Source: Nitrospirota bacterium (GTDB lineage Bacteria > Nitrospirota > UBA9217). Taken from it: a stretch of 64,000 nt of DNA. The number at the start of each line of letters is the position of its first letter. The first letter of the stretch is position 1. Shown here one piece after another: positions 31,131-40,918 of this stretch. The DNA is taken from contig CAWCKW010000013.1 of assembly GCA_963796285.1 (NCBI GenBank), positions 1-64,000 of the forward strand, read 5' to 3'. The notes under the pieces are model-generated. The model ran no database searches. It saw nothing but the letters and a program-made list of their open reading frames with translations, and was not told the DNA's origin. Position numbers and translations under genes: made by a program.

Positions 31131-32033
31131 TTACAGCATGTCATTCAATACAATGCTTCTGTTCTTCGCCAGGTTTTTGAGTTTGTTGATCGCCTGACTC
31201 TCGATCTGTCTGACGCGCTCGCGCGTGAGCTTGAACTGTTTGCCGATACTCATGAGCGTGTGAGGCTCTTCCCGGTTCAAACCATATCTCAACTCTATTA
31301 CCCTGCGCTCAACAGGCGGCAGATGAGAAATCCATTCGTTGATATGTTTTTGCCGGGAACCATCCTCATAGGAATTCTCGGATGACGGCGCCTTGTCGTC
31401 GCTCAGCACATCCTTGAGGGTCTCTTCTTCCTGATCGCCGATGGGCGTTTCGAGAGAACAGACGTCCCTTACGAGCTGGGACACTACCCTCACCCGGTCA
31501 ATGCTTATCCGCATCTCCGCGGCAATCTCCTGAGCGTCCGGTTCGCGCCCATGCTGCTGCGACATTTTCCTCACAATGCGCATATATTTATTGACGACCT
31601 CCGCAACATGCACCGGCAGACGGATGATCCTCACCTGGCTCACGATCGCCCGCTCGATGGACTGCTTGATCCACCACCACGCATACGTGCTGAACCTGAA
31701 CCCGCGCTTGTGCTGGAATTTATCCACCGCCCGGATCAGGCCGAGGTTTCCCTCCGCGATGATGTCCGGAAACGGCAGCCCCCGGTTGACATACCGTTTA
31801 CCGATGGCTATGACGAGCCTTAGATTTGCTTCGATCATCCGCTCGCGCGCTCCTTCGTCCCCGAGCGCGACCTTCCTTGCGAGTTCCTGTTCCTGCTCAA
31901 AGGTAAGGAGCGGAGTTTTCCGGATATCTTTCAGGTAATACTTGATCGCGTCCGGACCACCCGGTGAAGCGGCATCAGTGTGATACGTATTTTCATCAGC
32001 GTGAGTGGCATCATCAGAGGCAAGAATGGCCAT
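31131..32033 (-). CDS. rpoS: RpoS/RpoD-family sigma factor (RpoS-like)
   Basis: [48 protein letters not shown]; no region 1.1. Confidence 0.8.
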   Translation of the reverse strand: MAILASDDATHADENTYHTDAASPGGPDAIKYYLKDIRKTPLLTFEQEQELARKVALGDEGARERMIEANLRLVIAIGKRYVNRGLPFPDIIAEGNLGLIRAVDKFQHKRGFRFSTYAWWWIKQSIERAIVSQVRIIRLPVHVAEVVNKYMRIVRKMSQQHGREPDAQEIAAEMRISIDRVRVVSQLVRDVCSLETPIGDQEEETLKDVLSDDKAPSSENSYEDGSRQKHINEWISHLPPVERRVIELRYGLNREEPHTLMSIGKQFKLTRERVRQIESQAINKLKNLAKNRSIVLNDML

Positions 32034-32111
32034 TAGTCTCTCCTTTAGAACTTACAGAAAAAGTCATTCATTATAGAGTACCTTGTCGTCCCCGCTCAAA
32101 CGGAGACCTGG

Positions 32112-32930
32112 TTATGCTTTTGGAATCTCGGATTTCCTCCGTCGCGGGAATAACGGAATGAGCAGCACTGCTGATCTCAGCGTTGGCCAGCCTTTGACGG
32201 CAAAGAACACGGCCAGGGACAGACACAAACCCACGCTCAGGCCGACCGACACAAAGGAAAGCGCGAACGCCGCAAGGTACATCAGCGGCCCGAATCGGTA
32301 TTGCATGGTGATCTGCTTTATTTCCCTGTCATCCACGTTCTGTGCAAGAAGCCTTCCGTTCTTTGACGCGTGATGCCACAGGCCCTTGAACGCAAATGCG
32401 ATCGCGACGTAGGTGCCGGCAAAGACCGCTCCCGCAACATTGGCTTCGGGGCGCGGGAGGTATTCCGCCAGCAGGGCCGTTGGAAAGGGCATGAACGTTA
32501 TGAACAGAAGCAATAAGCCGTTCCAGTACAGGAAAGGATGATCGGTCCTCTGGATAAAGCTGAAGATCCGGTGATGATTTACCCAATTGGCAAAGATCGT
32601 AATGAAGCTTGTCACGAAGGCAAGGTAATGCGGCCACTGTTTTATCAACGTTGATCCGAGGCTGCCGCCTGCACCAAGTTCCCGGGCCTTCGGCACATTG
32701 ATCCCGAGAACCAGCAGGGTTATGGCAATGGCGAAAATGCCATCGCTGAAAGCCTCAATTCGCACGGTCTCATTCCGTTCGAACGTCGCCGGAACTTTCA
32801 TGGCATTCTCAGGTGTCGGTTCTTTTGTCCTGGCGGCGATATCAGCGCCGACAATTCGACCACGCTGCTCCGGCGCTGCAGCGGTCGATCCCGGACGGGG
32901 ATCGAACCGTTTCCCTGTGGGATCATCCAT
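32112..32930 (-). CDS. TMEM175-family potassium channel (DUF1211)
   Basis: RIEAFSDGIFAIAITLL, W.NHH, MPFPT. Confidence 0.92.
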   Translation of the reverse strand: MDDPTGKRFDPRPGSTAAAPEQRGRIVGADIAARTKEPTPENAMKVPATFERNETVRIEAFSDGIFAIAITLLVLGINVPKARELGAGGSLGSTLIKQWPHYLAFVTSFITIFANWVNHHRIFSFIQRTDHPFLYWNGLLLLFITFMPFPTALLAEYLPRPEANVAGAVFAGTYVAIAFAFKGLWHHASKNGRLLAQNVDDREIKQITMQYRFGPLMYLAAFALSFVSVGLSVGLCLSLAVFFAVKGWPTLRSAVLLIPLFPRRRKSEIPKA

Positions 32931-32994
32931 GATTCCTACCTCGGCAATTTCCAGTCAGTCTTGGCGTTCATTAAAGCGCCGATATCAAGGAAGT

Positions 32995-33181
32995 CTATTT
33001 CCCCTTGATGTCATCCTGAATTTTCTTACCAGCCTTTTCCATCTGCTGTCCGCCTTGATCGACCGTCTTGTCGATTTTCTTGCCCGCGCGCTCTGCCGGA
33101 CCCTCGTGACAACCATACATCCCCACAAGCAGTAGACTCATGGCCAGCGCTGCGATAACACTCCTTCCAGATCTTCATCAT
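32995..33181 (-). CDS. Small lipoprotein (one indel near start)
   Basis: IAALAMSLLLVGMYGC-HEGPAERAGKKIDKTVDQGGQQMEKAGKKIQDDIKGK. Confidence 0.7.
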
Positions 33182-33486
33182 GCGTATCTCCTTTTGCAGC
33201 AGTCATTTATCCGTACACGTTTAATCAGTTGTCATCTTTTTTAACACGGTTACGTCTGTCGCTGCGTTTTTACATAGTCCAGATATTTCTGCATATCCTG
33301 GCTGGTCCAGTCTTCAGGATGCTTGCCTATTTGAGATATGAATTGATCCAGGAGTTGCATACGATTATTTCCTCTATCTGCGTGCCCGGTTTGCTCAATC
33401 ACGAAATAAGCCACGCCTATTTCGTGATCAGCACCATCTCTGGGATCATGATGCCAGCCAATCCGATCAACTCGTTTTTTCTCACA

Positions 33487-33807
33487 TCACACCCGCGCCG
33501 CTTTTACCGCTTCCAACCCTGCTGTGGATGCAATGGTGTTGAACCTGATGTCCGGCTCTACGCGGAGCAGTCTCATTGCCCCGTTCAAGACACCGAAATG
33601 GTCGGACCGCAGATGGTTTTCCAGGTCCTCTCTGGTCTTCCACTCCTCCTCGAAGAAGAAGATGCGTTCATCCTCCACATCCACGTAGCAATTGCAGCTT
33701 ATGCAGCCGTGTTCGCGCCGGATCGGGCCAAGTATCGCTTTTACCGTCTGAAGGACTTCCTTCCGTTTCTCAACAGGCACCGTCATTTTAATGGTGGTTT
33801 CGATCAT
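33487..33807 (-). CDS. ABM-family (antibiotic biosynthesis monooxygenase-like) protein
   Basis: GCISC, F.EEW...DL..HLRSDHF. Confidence 0.85.
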   Translation of the reverse strand: MIETTIKMTVPVEKRKEVLQTVKAILGPIRREHGCISCNCYVDVEDERIFFFEEEWKTREDLENHLRSDHFGVLNGAMRLLRVEPDIRFNTIASTAGLEAVKAARV

Positions 33808-33947
33808 GGACGATCTCCTCGAGATGTGAAGCTGATGGCGCATAGGATCTTTGCCCATGTCTCACACCCCACCGACTCTATTCTTTTTCTCCCCAGAATG
33901 ATTCTTATCATTGCAGTTTTCCCTTTATTTTGTCATATTGAGCCGAC

Positions 33948-34457
33948 TTATTTCCCCTTCATGACGCACTCCTGGTCGTGCTTCATTCCCATTCCCTCCA
34001 TCATTGGCCCCGCCTCCATCATCTCTCTCAACTTCTTCCGCTGTTCAGGTGTCAGTTTGGTTTTGCATTCTTCCATGGCCTTTATGTGAGAAAGATGCAT
34101 TTCGGTCTTTATCATTTCCAACTGTTTCACTTTTGCCTCAACTGCCTTCATGTCCACGGTGTCCTGGCTGAGAAGGTCCTTGAGTTCGATCTGGACGATG
34201 CGCATGTCTGCCGTCCGCTTGATCGTCTCTTTCATCATTCTGCTCTTGATCTGACCTATCGAAGCTTTCTGCTTTTCATCCAGGTTAAGGTCCATAAGTT
34301 GCTTCGGCATGTGATGTTCTGACTCCATCATCTGCCCATCCCTGTCGCAACCACACATCATTCCCGGTCCCATACCCTGACCGCCCATCTCTCCATAGGC
34401 AAGTGCTGCAAACGCAACGATCGAAACTGCTGCCGCTATTGCTGCTAACTTTTTCAT
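33948..34457 (-). CDS. Spy/CpxP/ZraP-like periplasmic chaperone or metal-binding protein
   Basis: Signal peptide, Met/Gly-rich N-terminus, LNLDEKQ..LTPEQRKK. Confidence 0.85.
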   Translation of the reverse strand: MKKLAAIAAAVSIVAFAALAYGEMGGQGMGPGMMCGCDRDGQMMESEHHMPKQLMDLNLDEKQKASIGQIKSRMMKETIKRTADMRIVQIELKDLLSQDTVDMKAVEAKVKQLEMIKTEMHLSHIKAMEECKTKLTPEQRKKLREMMEAGPMMEGMGMKHDQECVMKGK

Positions 34458-34720
34458 CTCAAATCTCCTTTTTAATGGTTCCGAGTATCTGTTTATAAAT
34501 ACAGCGAATGTTCAAGTAAGCAACATTCTCTCATTCCTGAAGGCTTTCGGGATTGAAGAAAGATTCATCTGATACAACGGGGTCGGCCGAACCCCAAACC
34601 TGGTGGACCGGCAAGCCGGAAAGACAGAAAACGGCGATCGCATTCACTTCCTTGGAGATACCTTTGCTATTCAGGCACACATACTCCGTTTTCACTCCAT
34701 GGCGAATATGTTCAGACCCT

Positions 34721-34912
34721 TCACTTCCCAACGCGAATCGTTGAGAGGTTTCCGATGAGTCCGAAGACACTTAACAGCCATAGAATCACAACAATGACCA
34801 CTACCACATTCAATATTTTCTTTATGGTAGACTGCATCGGTATGTAGCTGTTAATCACCCATAGGATCACTCCAACAACAACCAAAACGATCACTAATTG
34901 AATTAACGGCAT
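34721..34912 (-). CDS. Thivi_2564-family small membrane protein
   Basis: LVVVGVILWVINSYIPM...KKILNVVV..LWLL. Confidence 0.85.
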   Translation of the reverse strand: MPLIQLVIVLVVVGVILWVINSYIPMQSTIKKILNVVVVIVVILWLLSVFGLIGNLSTIRVGK

Positions 34913-35090
34913 GGCATTTCTCCTTTCATTCTTTGCATCTTTACCGTTGTAGATCGTTATTCAACTCCGGCAGCAAAAGCTTCCCGCAGGGCTTGCCGTG
35001 TCAGCGCATTACCATGCGGCTGTCTTTGCTCGCATCTCGCATCTCTCTATTAGACATGTTCATCATTACTTCTCGCGAGCTTGAATCGCC

Positions 35091-35243
35091 TCATATCCTC
35101 CCGAGGAGCAACAGGATGATCAGAATCAAAAGGATCAATCCGAGTCCGCCGCTGGGATAGTATCCCCAGCTCCTGCTGTGAGGCCAGGTGGGTAGTGCGC
35201 CGATAACCACGAGGACTAAAATGATGATCAGTATCGTGCCCAT
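35091..35243 (-). CDS. DUF3309 family protein, copy A
   Basis: GALPTWPHSRSWGYYPSGGLG. Confidence 0.92.
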   Translation of the reverse strand: MGTILIIILVLVVIGALPTWPHSRSWGYYPSGGLGLILLILIILLLLGRI

Positions 35244-35426
35244 GTTTTTTCTCCTTTCCCTGTTGCTTGTCCAGGTCCCTGCGTATGCTCTGCGGCTCGC
35301 CGCGCGAACATCGCTCGCCGTCGAGGTCCACTGCGTCGGGGCCGAAGGCGGAGACCCCTGGTCATCGGCGGGGATGAATGCCCCGCCCATGAAGTCGAGT
35401 CCCACGAAATGTGAGATGCAAGCTTA

Positions 35427-35573
35427 TCAAGGTCTCCGGCCCGTGATGACACTGATCAAGATCACTACTATCGCGAGCACAAGCAAAATATGGATGAACC
35501 CGCCCATCGTGTAACTGCTCACCAGCCCCAGCGCCCAGAGAACTATCAATATCACAGCGATTGTCCACAACAT
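35427..35573 (-). CDS. lmo0937-family (DUF5670) small membrane protein, copy A
   Basis: MLWTIAVILIVLWALGLVSSYTMGGFIHILLVLAIVVILISVITGRRP. Confidence 0.9.
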   Translation of the reverse strand: MLWTIAVILIVLWALGLVSSYTMGGFIHILLVLAIVVILISVITGRRP

Positions 35574-35690
35574 ATGATCCTCCTTCCAATAGGTTCTTTG
35601 TCGTCCGGTTATGCAACGTTAATTACTTTCCTGCCCTACCCGACAGATTTTATCGATGGCAGCCCTAGAGGGGTTAAACTTTGTTTCATC

Positions 35691-36371
35691 CTATTTTCTA
35701 TCATGTTTTTCTTCCTCCCCTTGTTTCGGTTTTTCCTTTCGAGGTTTGGATTTTTGTGTTTTCTCCTGGTGTTGTGAAGGCGAGCGCTGTTGTTGCATCT
35801 TACCTGCTTGCGGTCGCGATTGTTGCGGTTTTACTGCCTCGCGAGATCGCGGCTTCGCCTGAGTTCCTGGTTGAACCGCTCGAGACGGCTGCTGTGATCG
35901 CGTACGGGGTTGCAATCCCTGGACACCCCAAGTCTGCTGCTTCTCCCAATGCCTGCTCTGTTGCCAGCCCCTCCAGTTTTGTTGAATTTGCTGGTGAGGT
36001 ATTCGTTGATAATTCCACTGATGCCCTCTCCAACGATGGTCCCTGTAGTCATTCCTCCAACTCGGCGGTATACTCCTATAAAAGGAAGGGACCCTTTGAT
36101 AATAGACCCAACCCGCGTTATAGTCTCGTGAGCGATACCAGCGGCCTTCCCAGGGACGCCACCACCAGCCATTGTAGAAAAAGATGTCCACGTCCACGTC
36201 AGGGACGACGTAGACATACGTCTCAGGCAGCACTATCATCTCCGGTGGTGCTGCAAATACGATAGGCGGCGGTAGAGCAATACTAACGCTTACATCTACC
36301 CCTGCCATCGTCGGAATAGGAACAACAATTACAAACGCTAAAAGCATTATTCCATATAATAACTTTTTCAT
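35691..36371 (-). CDS. Exported Pro/Trp/Arg-rich protein (YXWGXW-repeat-like)
   Basis: Signal peptide, PPPIVFAAPP, aromatic-rich core, Q/R/K-rich tail. Confidence 0.8.
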   Translation of the reverse strand: MKKLLYGIMLLAFVIVVPIPTMAGVDVSVSIALPPPIVFAAPPEMIVLPETYVYVVPDVDVDIFFYNGWWWRPWEGRWYRSRDYNAGWVYYQRVPSFYRSIPPSWRNDYRDHRWRGHQWNYQRIPHQQIQQNWRGWQQSRHWEKQQTWGVQGLQPRTRSQQPSRAVQPGTQAKPRSREAVKPQQSRPQAGKMQQQRSPSQHQEKTQKSKPRKEKPKQGEEEKHDRK

Positions 36372-36443
36372 GTTATTGCCTCCTGCAAATGCTTCTTATG
36401 TTTCAGACGAGTTCATATTGACTTATCGTGCGCCAGAATCTCT

Positions 36444-36596
36444 TCAGATCACCCCAAGGAGCAACAGGATGATCAGAATCAAAAGGATCAATCCGAGTCC
36501 GCCGCTGGGATAGTATCCCCAACTCCTGCTGTGAGGCCAGGTAGGTAGTGCCCCGATAACCACGAGAACTAAAATGATGATCAGTATTGTGCCCAT
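36444..36596 (-). CDS. DUF3309 family protein, copy B
   Basis: Near-identical to copy A. Confidence 0.92.
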   Translation of the reverse strand: MGTILIIILVLVVIGALPTWPHSRSWGYYPSGGLGLILLILIILLLLGVI

Positions 36597-36834
36597 GTCT
36601 TTTCTCCTTTCCTGTTGCCTGTCCGAATCCCTGCGTATGCTCTGCGGCTCGTTGCTCGAAAAAACGCTTGCCATCGGGGTCCACTGCGTCGGGGCCGAAG
36701 TTGGAGACCCCTGGTCAAGGGCGGGGATGAATGCCCCGCCCGCGAAGTCGAGTCCCGCGAAATGTGCGAAGCGAGCTATCTCTCTTAATTTTTACTCAAT
36801 GTAACTACGGCAAATCATACCGGGAAATTATTTA

Positions 36835-36981
36835 TCAAGGTCTCCGGCCCTGGATGACGCTGATCACGATCACTACAAGTGCGAGCACAAGCAAAATATG
36901 GATGAACCCGCCCATCGTGTAACTGCTCACCAGCCCCAGCGCCCAGAGAACTATCAGTATCACAGCGATTGTCCACAACAT
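36835..36981 (-). CDS. lmo0937-family protein, copy B
   Basis: MLWTIAVILIVLWALGLVSSYTMGGFIHILLVLALVVIVISVIQGRRP. Confidence 0.9.
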   Translation of the reverse strand: MLWTIAVILIVLWALGLVSSYTMGGFIHILLVLALVVIVISVIQGRRP

Positions 36982-37065
36982 ATGATCCTCCTTTCAGTTT
37001 GCTTTAGGTTAACTGCCGGCTTGCGCGCCTCGCGCCAGCCGGCAACGATCCAGGGTCTCGTTGGA

Positions 37066-37827
37066 CTACTCGATGGTCATCCGGTTCTTTACGCTCTTCA
37101 CACCCTTTACGTCGTCGGCGATTTTGCTTGCCAGGTCCTTTTCGGCTGCGTTCCCGGCCTTGCCGCTCAACGTGACCACGCCATGCTTTGTCTCGACCTT
37201 GGTCTTGAGTGCACTGGTCGATCGATGGAACAACAACGTCATTTTTACCTGGGCGGTAATGGAGGCGTCATCGATCTTATCACCCGTTGACCTCTGTGTC
37301 TTTTTCGCGGTATTAGACAGCGTCATCTCATTTTTAACGTCTTTGACCCCTTCGACATCCTTGGCGTATTCGGTCGTCAGTTCCTTTTCCGCCTGGTTGG
37401 CCGCCTCACCTTGCAAGGTGACGACTCCATCTGTAGTTTTAACCTCCGTCATGGCGCTCACGCTCCGATGAAACAGGAGCGTGCTTTTTACTTTCGCAGT
37501 CAGCCACGCATCCGAGTTCTCAGCGGGGTGCTCGCCTTTGACGTCCAGCTTGTTGTCCACGCTTTTGACCCCGGGCAGGCCCGCTACGGTCTCCTGGGCC
37601 AGCGATTTGTGGGATTCCTCTGAGACGTTCCCCGTCAAGGTGACGGCGCCGTCCTTGGACTGGATCTTGATATCATCGTTTTTTAGGTAGGTCTTGAACA
37701 CATACGACTTTTTAGCTGATGATTCGATGCGGTCATCCGTCTTGGAAGCGTACACCGGCACACTGATCACCAACAGCGCGACCGCGGCCACCATCAGAGC
37801 TATGGAATATATTGCTTTCATGGACAT
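37066..37827 (-). CDS. osmY: BON-domain (OsmY-like) periplasmic protein, 3 BON domains
   Basis: Three GxVTLxG...GVKxVxN repeats; signal peptide. Confidence 0.9.
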   Translation of the reverse strand: MSMKAIYSIALMVAAVALLVISVPVYASKTDDRIESSAKKSYVFKTYLKNDDIKIQSKDGAVTLTGNVSEESHKSLAQETVAGLPGVKSVDNKLDVKGEHPAENSDAWLTAKVKSTLLFHRSVSAMTEVKTTDGVVTLQGEAANQAEKELTTEYAKDVEGVKDVKNEMTLSNTAKKTQRSTGDKIDDASITAQVKMTLLFHRSTSALKTKVETKHGVVTLSGKAGNAAEKDLASKIADDVKGVKSVKNRMTIE

Positions 37828-37970
37828 TCTCCTTTTTATTGTCGTTTCTGATTTTTTTGAATTCTTTCCATCCGAAGATCTCATGCCTTTCGGAGTCCCG
37901 GTTGTGGTGGAACATTCTGCCTCGGCTACGGGTTTCAAGGACATCGTGGGCGCATGATACGCCGCCCTCA

Positions 37971-38150
37971 CTATTTCCCCAGGACCTTCTCGACCTGTCC
38001 GACCTTTTTCTGCACTTTGCCGGCTATCTTTTCGTCTGTTCCTTCGTCTTTCAACTTGGGATTATCGGTGATTTTCCCGGCCACTTCCTTGACCTTGCCC
38101 TTTGCTTCGTGAAACTTGCCTTCAGCCTGGTCCTTCGTGCTGGATTTCAT
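37971..38150 (-). CDS. csbD: CsbD family protein, copy 1
   Basis: MKSSTKDQAEGKFHEAKGKVKEVAGKITDNPKLKDEG..EKIAGKVQKKVG. Confidence 0.92.
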   Translation of the reverse strand: MKSSTKDQAEGKFHEAKGKVKEVAGKITDNPKLKDEGTDEKIAGKVQKKVGQVEKVLGK

Positions 38151-38277
38151 AGTGTCCCTCCTTTGGTTAGGATCTCGAATTGACTGCTGGTGCTTTAGCC
38201 GAAGTCAACTCAGTAATTAACCTTCTGCCTGAGACGACTTGAGGGCCAGGTACTTTCGACCGTTTTCCCGCTCATGT

Positions 38278-38568
38278 TCACTTGAACCTCGAACTCGCAT
38301 CGTGGTAGGCGGCCTTCACTTCAGCCCAGACTTTTTCCGCGCCTGTCTTGATGTCTCCCCATGCCTCATCGCCGGCGGCTTTCAACTCCTGCAGCTTCTT
38401 CCCAGCATCATTCTGCTTTCTTTGCAGGGTTTCGATGGTTTTGTGGTATTCGATCCTCACATCGGCCTTGGCATTGTCCGCCTTGGCCTTGAGCAGGGCG
38501 ATCTGCGCGCTCCACTCCTTCAACTGAGCATCGAGCTTTTCTTCGTATGCTTTTCTCTTATCATTCAT
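38278..38568 (-). CDS. Coiled-coil stress protein (Sll1863-like)
   Basis: YEEKLDAQLKEW...AGDEAWGDIKTGAEKVW. Confidence 0.8.
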   Translation of the reverse strand: MNDKRKAYEEKLDAQLKEWSAQIALLKAKADNAKADVRIEYHKTIETLQRKQNDAGKKLQELKAAGDEAWGDIKTGAEKVWAEVKAAYHDASSRFK

Positions 38569-38675
38569 AACAACCCCCATGATTGAAACGTTCTGCCTTC
38601 GATCCGGCCTTGCTTCCCGGGACCGGCAGCACGATGCCGTCCCATGTTATTCATCCGGACCTGATAAACTCGAGG

Positions 38676-38807
38676 TTACGGATGCGGAGGCATGGGCAGG
38701 TGCCCTGGTCCAGGCATGTGCCCAGGTCCTCCTGGAAAGAAGCATCCTGAAAGAGCAAGTATTGCCACGCATATAAGTAATGCTATTATTATCCAAGTTT
38801 TATTCAT
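38676..38807 (-). CDS. 43-aa Pro/Gly/His-rich lipoprotein
   Basis: MNKTWIIIALLICVAILALSGC-FFPGGPGHMPGPGHLPMPPHP; AAGGAG RBS, LSGC lipobox. Confidence 0.65.
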   Translation of the reverse strand: MNKTWIIIALLICVAILALSGCFFPGGPGHMPGPGHLPMPPHP

Positions 38808-38927
38808 GATGTATCTCCTTTGGTTATTGCGTGATGTATTCTTTCATATGTATGCCCTCATGCTTGCAGGGCATAATGGTATTGATGTCTCATGCAACCG
38901 GCCAGTACTTCAATCGCATAGTTGCGA

Positions 38928-39149
38928 TCAGCTTTTTTTGCTGCCCGTGACCAGCAGTACGATGCCGCCGATAATCGCAATAGCGCCCACAATCGGAGGC
39001 AGTGGAAGCGTTCTCGTCCTGTCAGCCGACATGTGCACGGGCCCGAGGTCGACGACCTTCTCTCTGGTCGTGTATTCAATGCCCTGATACGCAAAGGCTA
39101 TGATCCCCAAAACAATGAGGATGATGCCTAGCAACGTGTTTGTTCTCAT
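38928..39149 (-). CDS. DUF3185-like small membrane protein
   Basis: GIILIVLGIIAFAYQGI.YT..EKV.DLGP..PLPPI.G. Confidence 0.8.
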   Translation of the reverse strand: MRTNTLLGIILIVLGIIAFAYQGIEYTTREKVVDLGPVHMSADRTRTLPLPPIVGAIAIIGGIVLLVTGSKKS

Positions 39150-39166
39150 TTTGTGCCGCCTCCCGT

Positions 39167-40147
39167 CTAAGGGTTGGGTGTCTGCGCTTCACGTTCGATG
39201 ACGATCTCGACGCGGCGGTTGTTGGCGCGCCCCTCGGGTGAAGCGTTGTCGGCTATCGGGCTGCCCTCGCCCTTTCCGCGCGCCTGGATGCGGTCGGCTG
39301 GGTAGCCTTTCTGTACGAGGTAATCGCGGACCGCGTCGGCCCTGCGTTGCGAGAGGCCCTGGTTGTATGACTCGGAGCCCCGCGAATCGGTGTGCCCTTC
39401 CACGATGAGGTTGCGCGCGCGGACCGCAATTAACGCTTTGGCCACCTGGTCAAGCTTTTCTCGCGCGGAGGACATCAAGGTTGCCTCGGCGGACCGAAAG
39501 AGAATGCTTCCTGAGAGCGTGACAACCAGTCCGCGTTCCTCTTCCTTGACCGCGGCGAGCTTGGCGAGATCGGCTTCCGCTTTCTCCTTGCTTGCCTTTT
39601 CAGCGGCCAGAGCGGCCAGAGCTTCGGCCGTTGTCTTCTGGGATTCACTCATTTCCTGCTTCTGCTTCTCTATCTCGGCTTGCTGCTTCTGGAGTTCGGC
39701 GTCCGTTTTTTCTTTTTCCTTGGCTGCCTGTTCGGCGGCAATGGCGGCAAGCGCTTCCGCATGCTGCTTCTCGGCTTCGCTCAAAGCCTGTTTCCCCTGC
39801 TTCACCATCTCGGCTTGTTGCTTCAGGTATTCGGCGTCTGCTTTATCTTTTTTTGCTTTGGCGTCGGCCGTGTCGGCGAGCGCTCCCGCGAGTTCAGCCT
39901 TGCGCTGGGCGACATAAGCGAGATCTTTCGTTTTGTCCGACTTTGGTTCCTTCTGGAATGACTGTTCCGCCTGGACGAGCGCCTCATGCGCCTTGTGTAA
40001 TTCCGCCGGCACGAGTTTCTCCGCCGGACCCTCGCTCGCATGCTGGTAGGCCGCGCGAGCGTTGACGAGTTCACTTGGCGCCTTGGCTGCGCAGCCGGCG
40101 ACGAGCGCGACCAACGCGGCTATGATCAAAAATTGCATCGTTTTCAT
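39167..40147 (-). CDS. Lipoprotein with DUF4398, coiled coil and OmpA-like peptidoglycan-binding domain
   Basis: VAGC lipobox; VEGHTDSRGS..YN..LS.RRA, NRRVEI. Confidence 0.92.
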   Translation of the reverse strand: MKTMQFLIIAALVALVAGCAAKAPSELVNARAAYQHASEGPAEKLVPAELHKAHEALVQAEQSFQKEPKSDKTKDLAYVAQRKAELAGALADTADAKAKKDKADAEYLKQQAEMVKQGKQALSEAEKQHAEALAAIAAEQAAKEKEKTDAELQKQQAEIEKQKQEMSESQKTTAEALAALAAEKASKEKAEADLAKLAAVKEEERGLVVTLSGSILFRSAEATLMSSAREKLDQVAKALIAVRARNLIVEGHTDSRGSESYNQGLSQRRADAVRDYLVQKGYPADRIQARGKGEGSPIADNASPEGRANNRRVEIVIEREAQTPNP

Positions 40148-40175
40148 AATATCCTCCTTTTGGGTTATGATCGGG

Positions 40176-40541
40176 TCATGGGTTTTCTTGCCTGAGTTTT
40201 TGCACACGCTCCACTGCTGCCTGGGCCTCCGCCTTCTCAGCCTCCCCGCGCGAGAGCGCGACAGCCAGCTCGGCGTCGGCTTCTGACCGCATCAGCATGT
40301 ACGCGGCCTTCTCCTTCTGGCCAATCGAAGCCAACTCCTTGGCTCGGTCCAGTTCCTCCTTGGCGAGTTGCAAATGAAGCGAGGCTTGCGGTACTTTGCC
40401 TGCCCCGGCCTCCTCGGCTGCGCGGATCGCCGACGTTGACGACTCTGTGCGCAGCGGGGCGCTTTTGCATCCCGCGGTGATTGCAATGGCCGAGACGGCC
40501 ACGGCGAACACCATAATTCCGATCTTGGATACGTGTCTCAT
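40176..40541 (-). CDS. DUF4398 lipoprotein
   Basis: TAGC lipobox; AIRAAEEAGA...ADAELA. Confidence 0.85.
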   Translation of the reverse strand: MRHVSKIGIMVFAVAVSAIAITAGCKSAPLRTESSTSAIRAAEEAGAGKVPQASLHLQLAKEELDRAKELASIGQKEKAAYMLMRSEADAELAVALSRGEAEKAEAQAAVERVQKLRQENP

Positions 40542-40569
40542 GTAGTCCTCCTTTTGTCATCAGTTTGGT

Positions 40570-40890
40570 TTATGAACTGCCGCAAACCTGCCCGGCTCTG
40601 CGCCAGTGAATGAGCCCTACCATCGTATAACTGCCCAACCTGCCCGAGTACCCATACAATCATCAGTACCACAGCGATCGTCCACAATATTTGGTCCTCC
40701 TTCCTGATTGCTCAGTCGCGTTGCACACGCGCTGATTGATCCGGCAATCCACGTATACCTGAACTCAACACTCGATGGTCATCCGTTTCTTTACACTCTT
40801 TACACCATGTACGTCGTTGACGACTTTGCTTGCCGGTCCTTTTCCGCTGCGTTCCCGGCCTTGCCACTCAACGTGACCACTCCAGGCTTT
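40570..40890 (-). pseudogene. Degenerate BON 3' fragment and lmo0937 relic
   Basis: 40770-40885 parallels 37068-37185; 40600-40690 parallels lmo0937 with ATG mutated to ATA and indels. Confidence 0.75.
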
Positions 40891-40918
40891 GTCTCCGGCG
40901 CCTGATACACCGCCCTCG

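Larger units (their letters stand above)
35091..36990 (-). repeat. Direct duplication of lmo0937-spacer-DUF3309 (35091-35585 vs 36444-36990)
   Basis: High DNA identity, including about 170 bp of non-coding spacer. Confidence 0.9.

Noticed and set aside
33229-34089. 286-aa plus-strand ORF
   Set aside because: Antisense to the well-supported ABM and Spy-like genes; no RBS or motifs.
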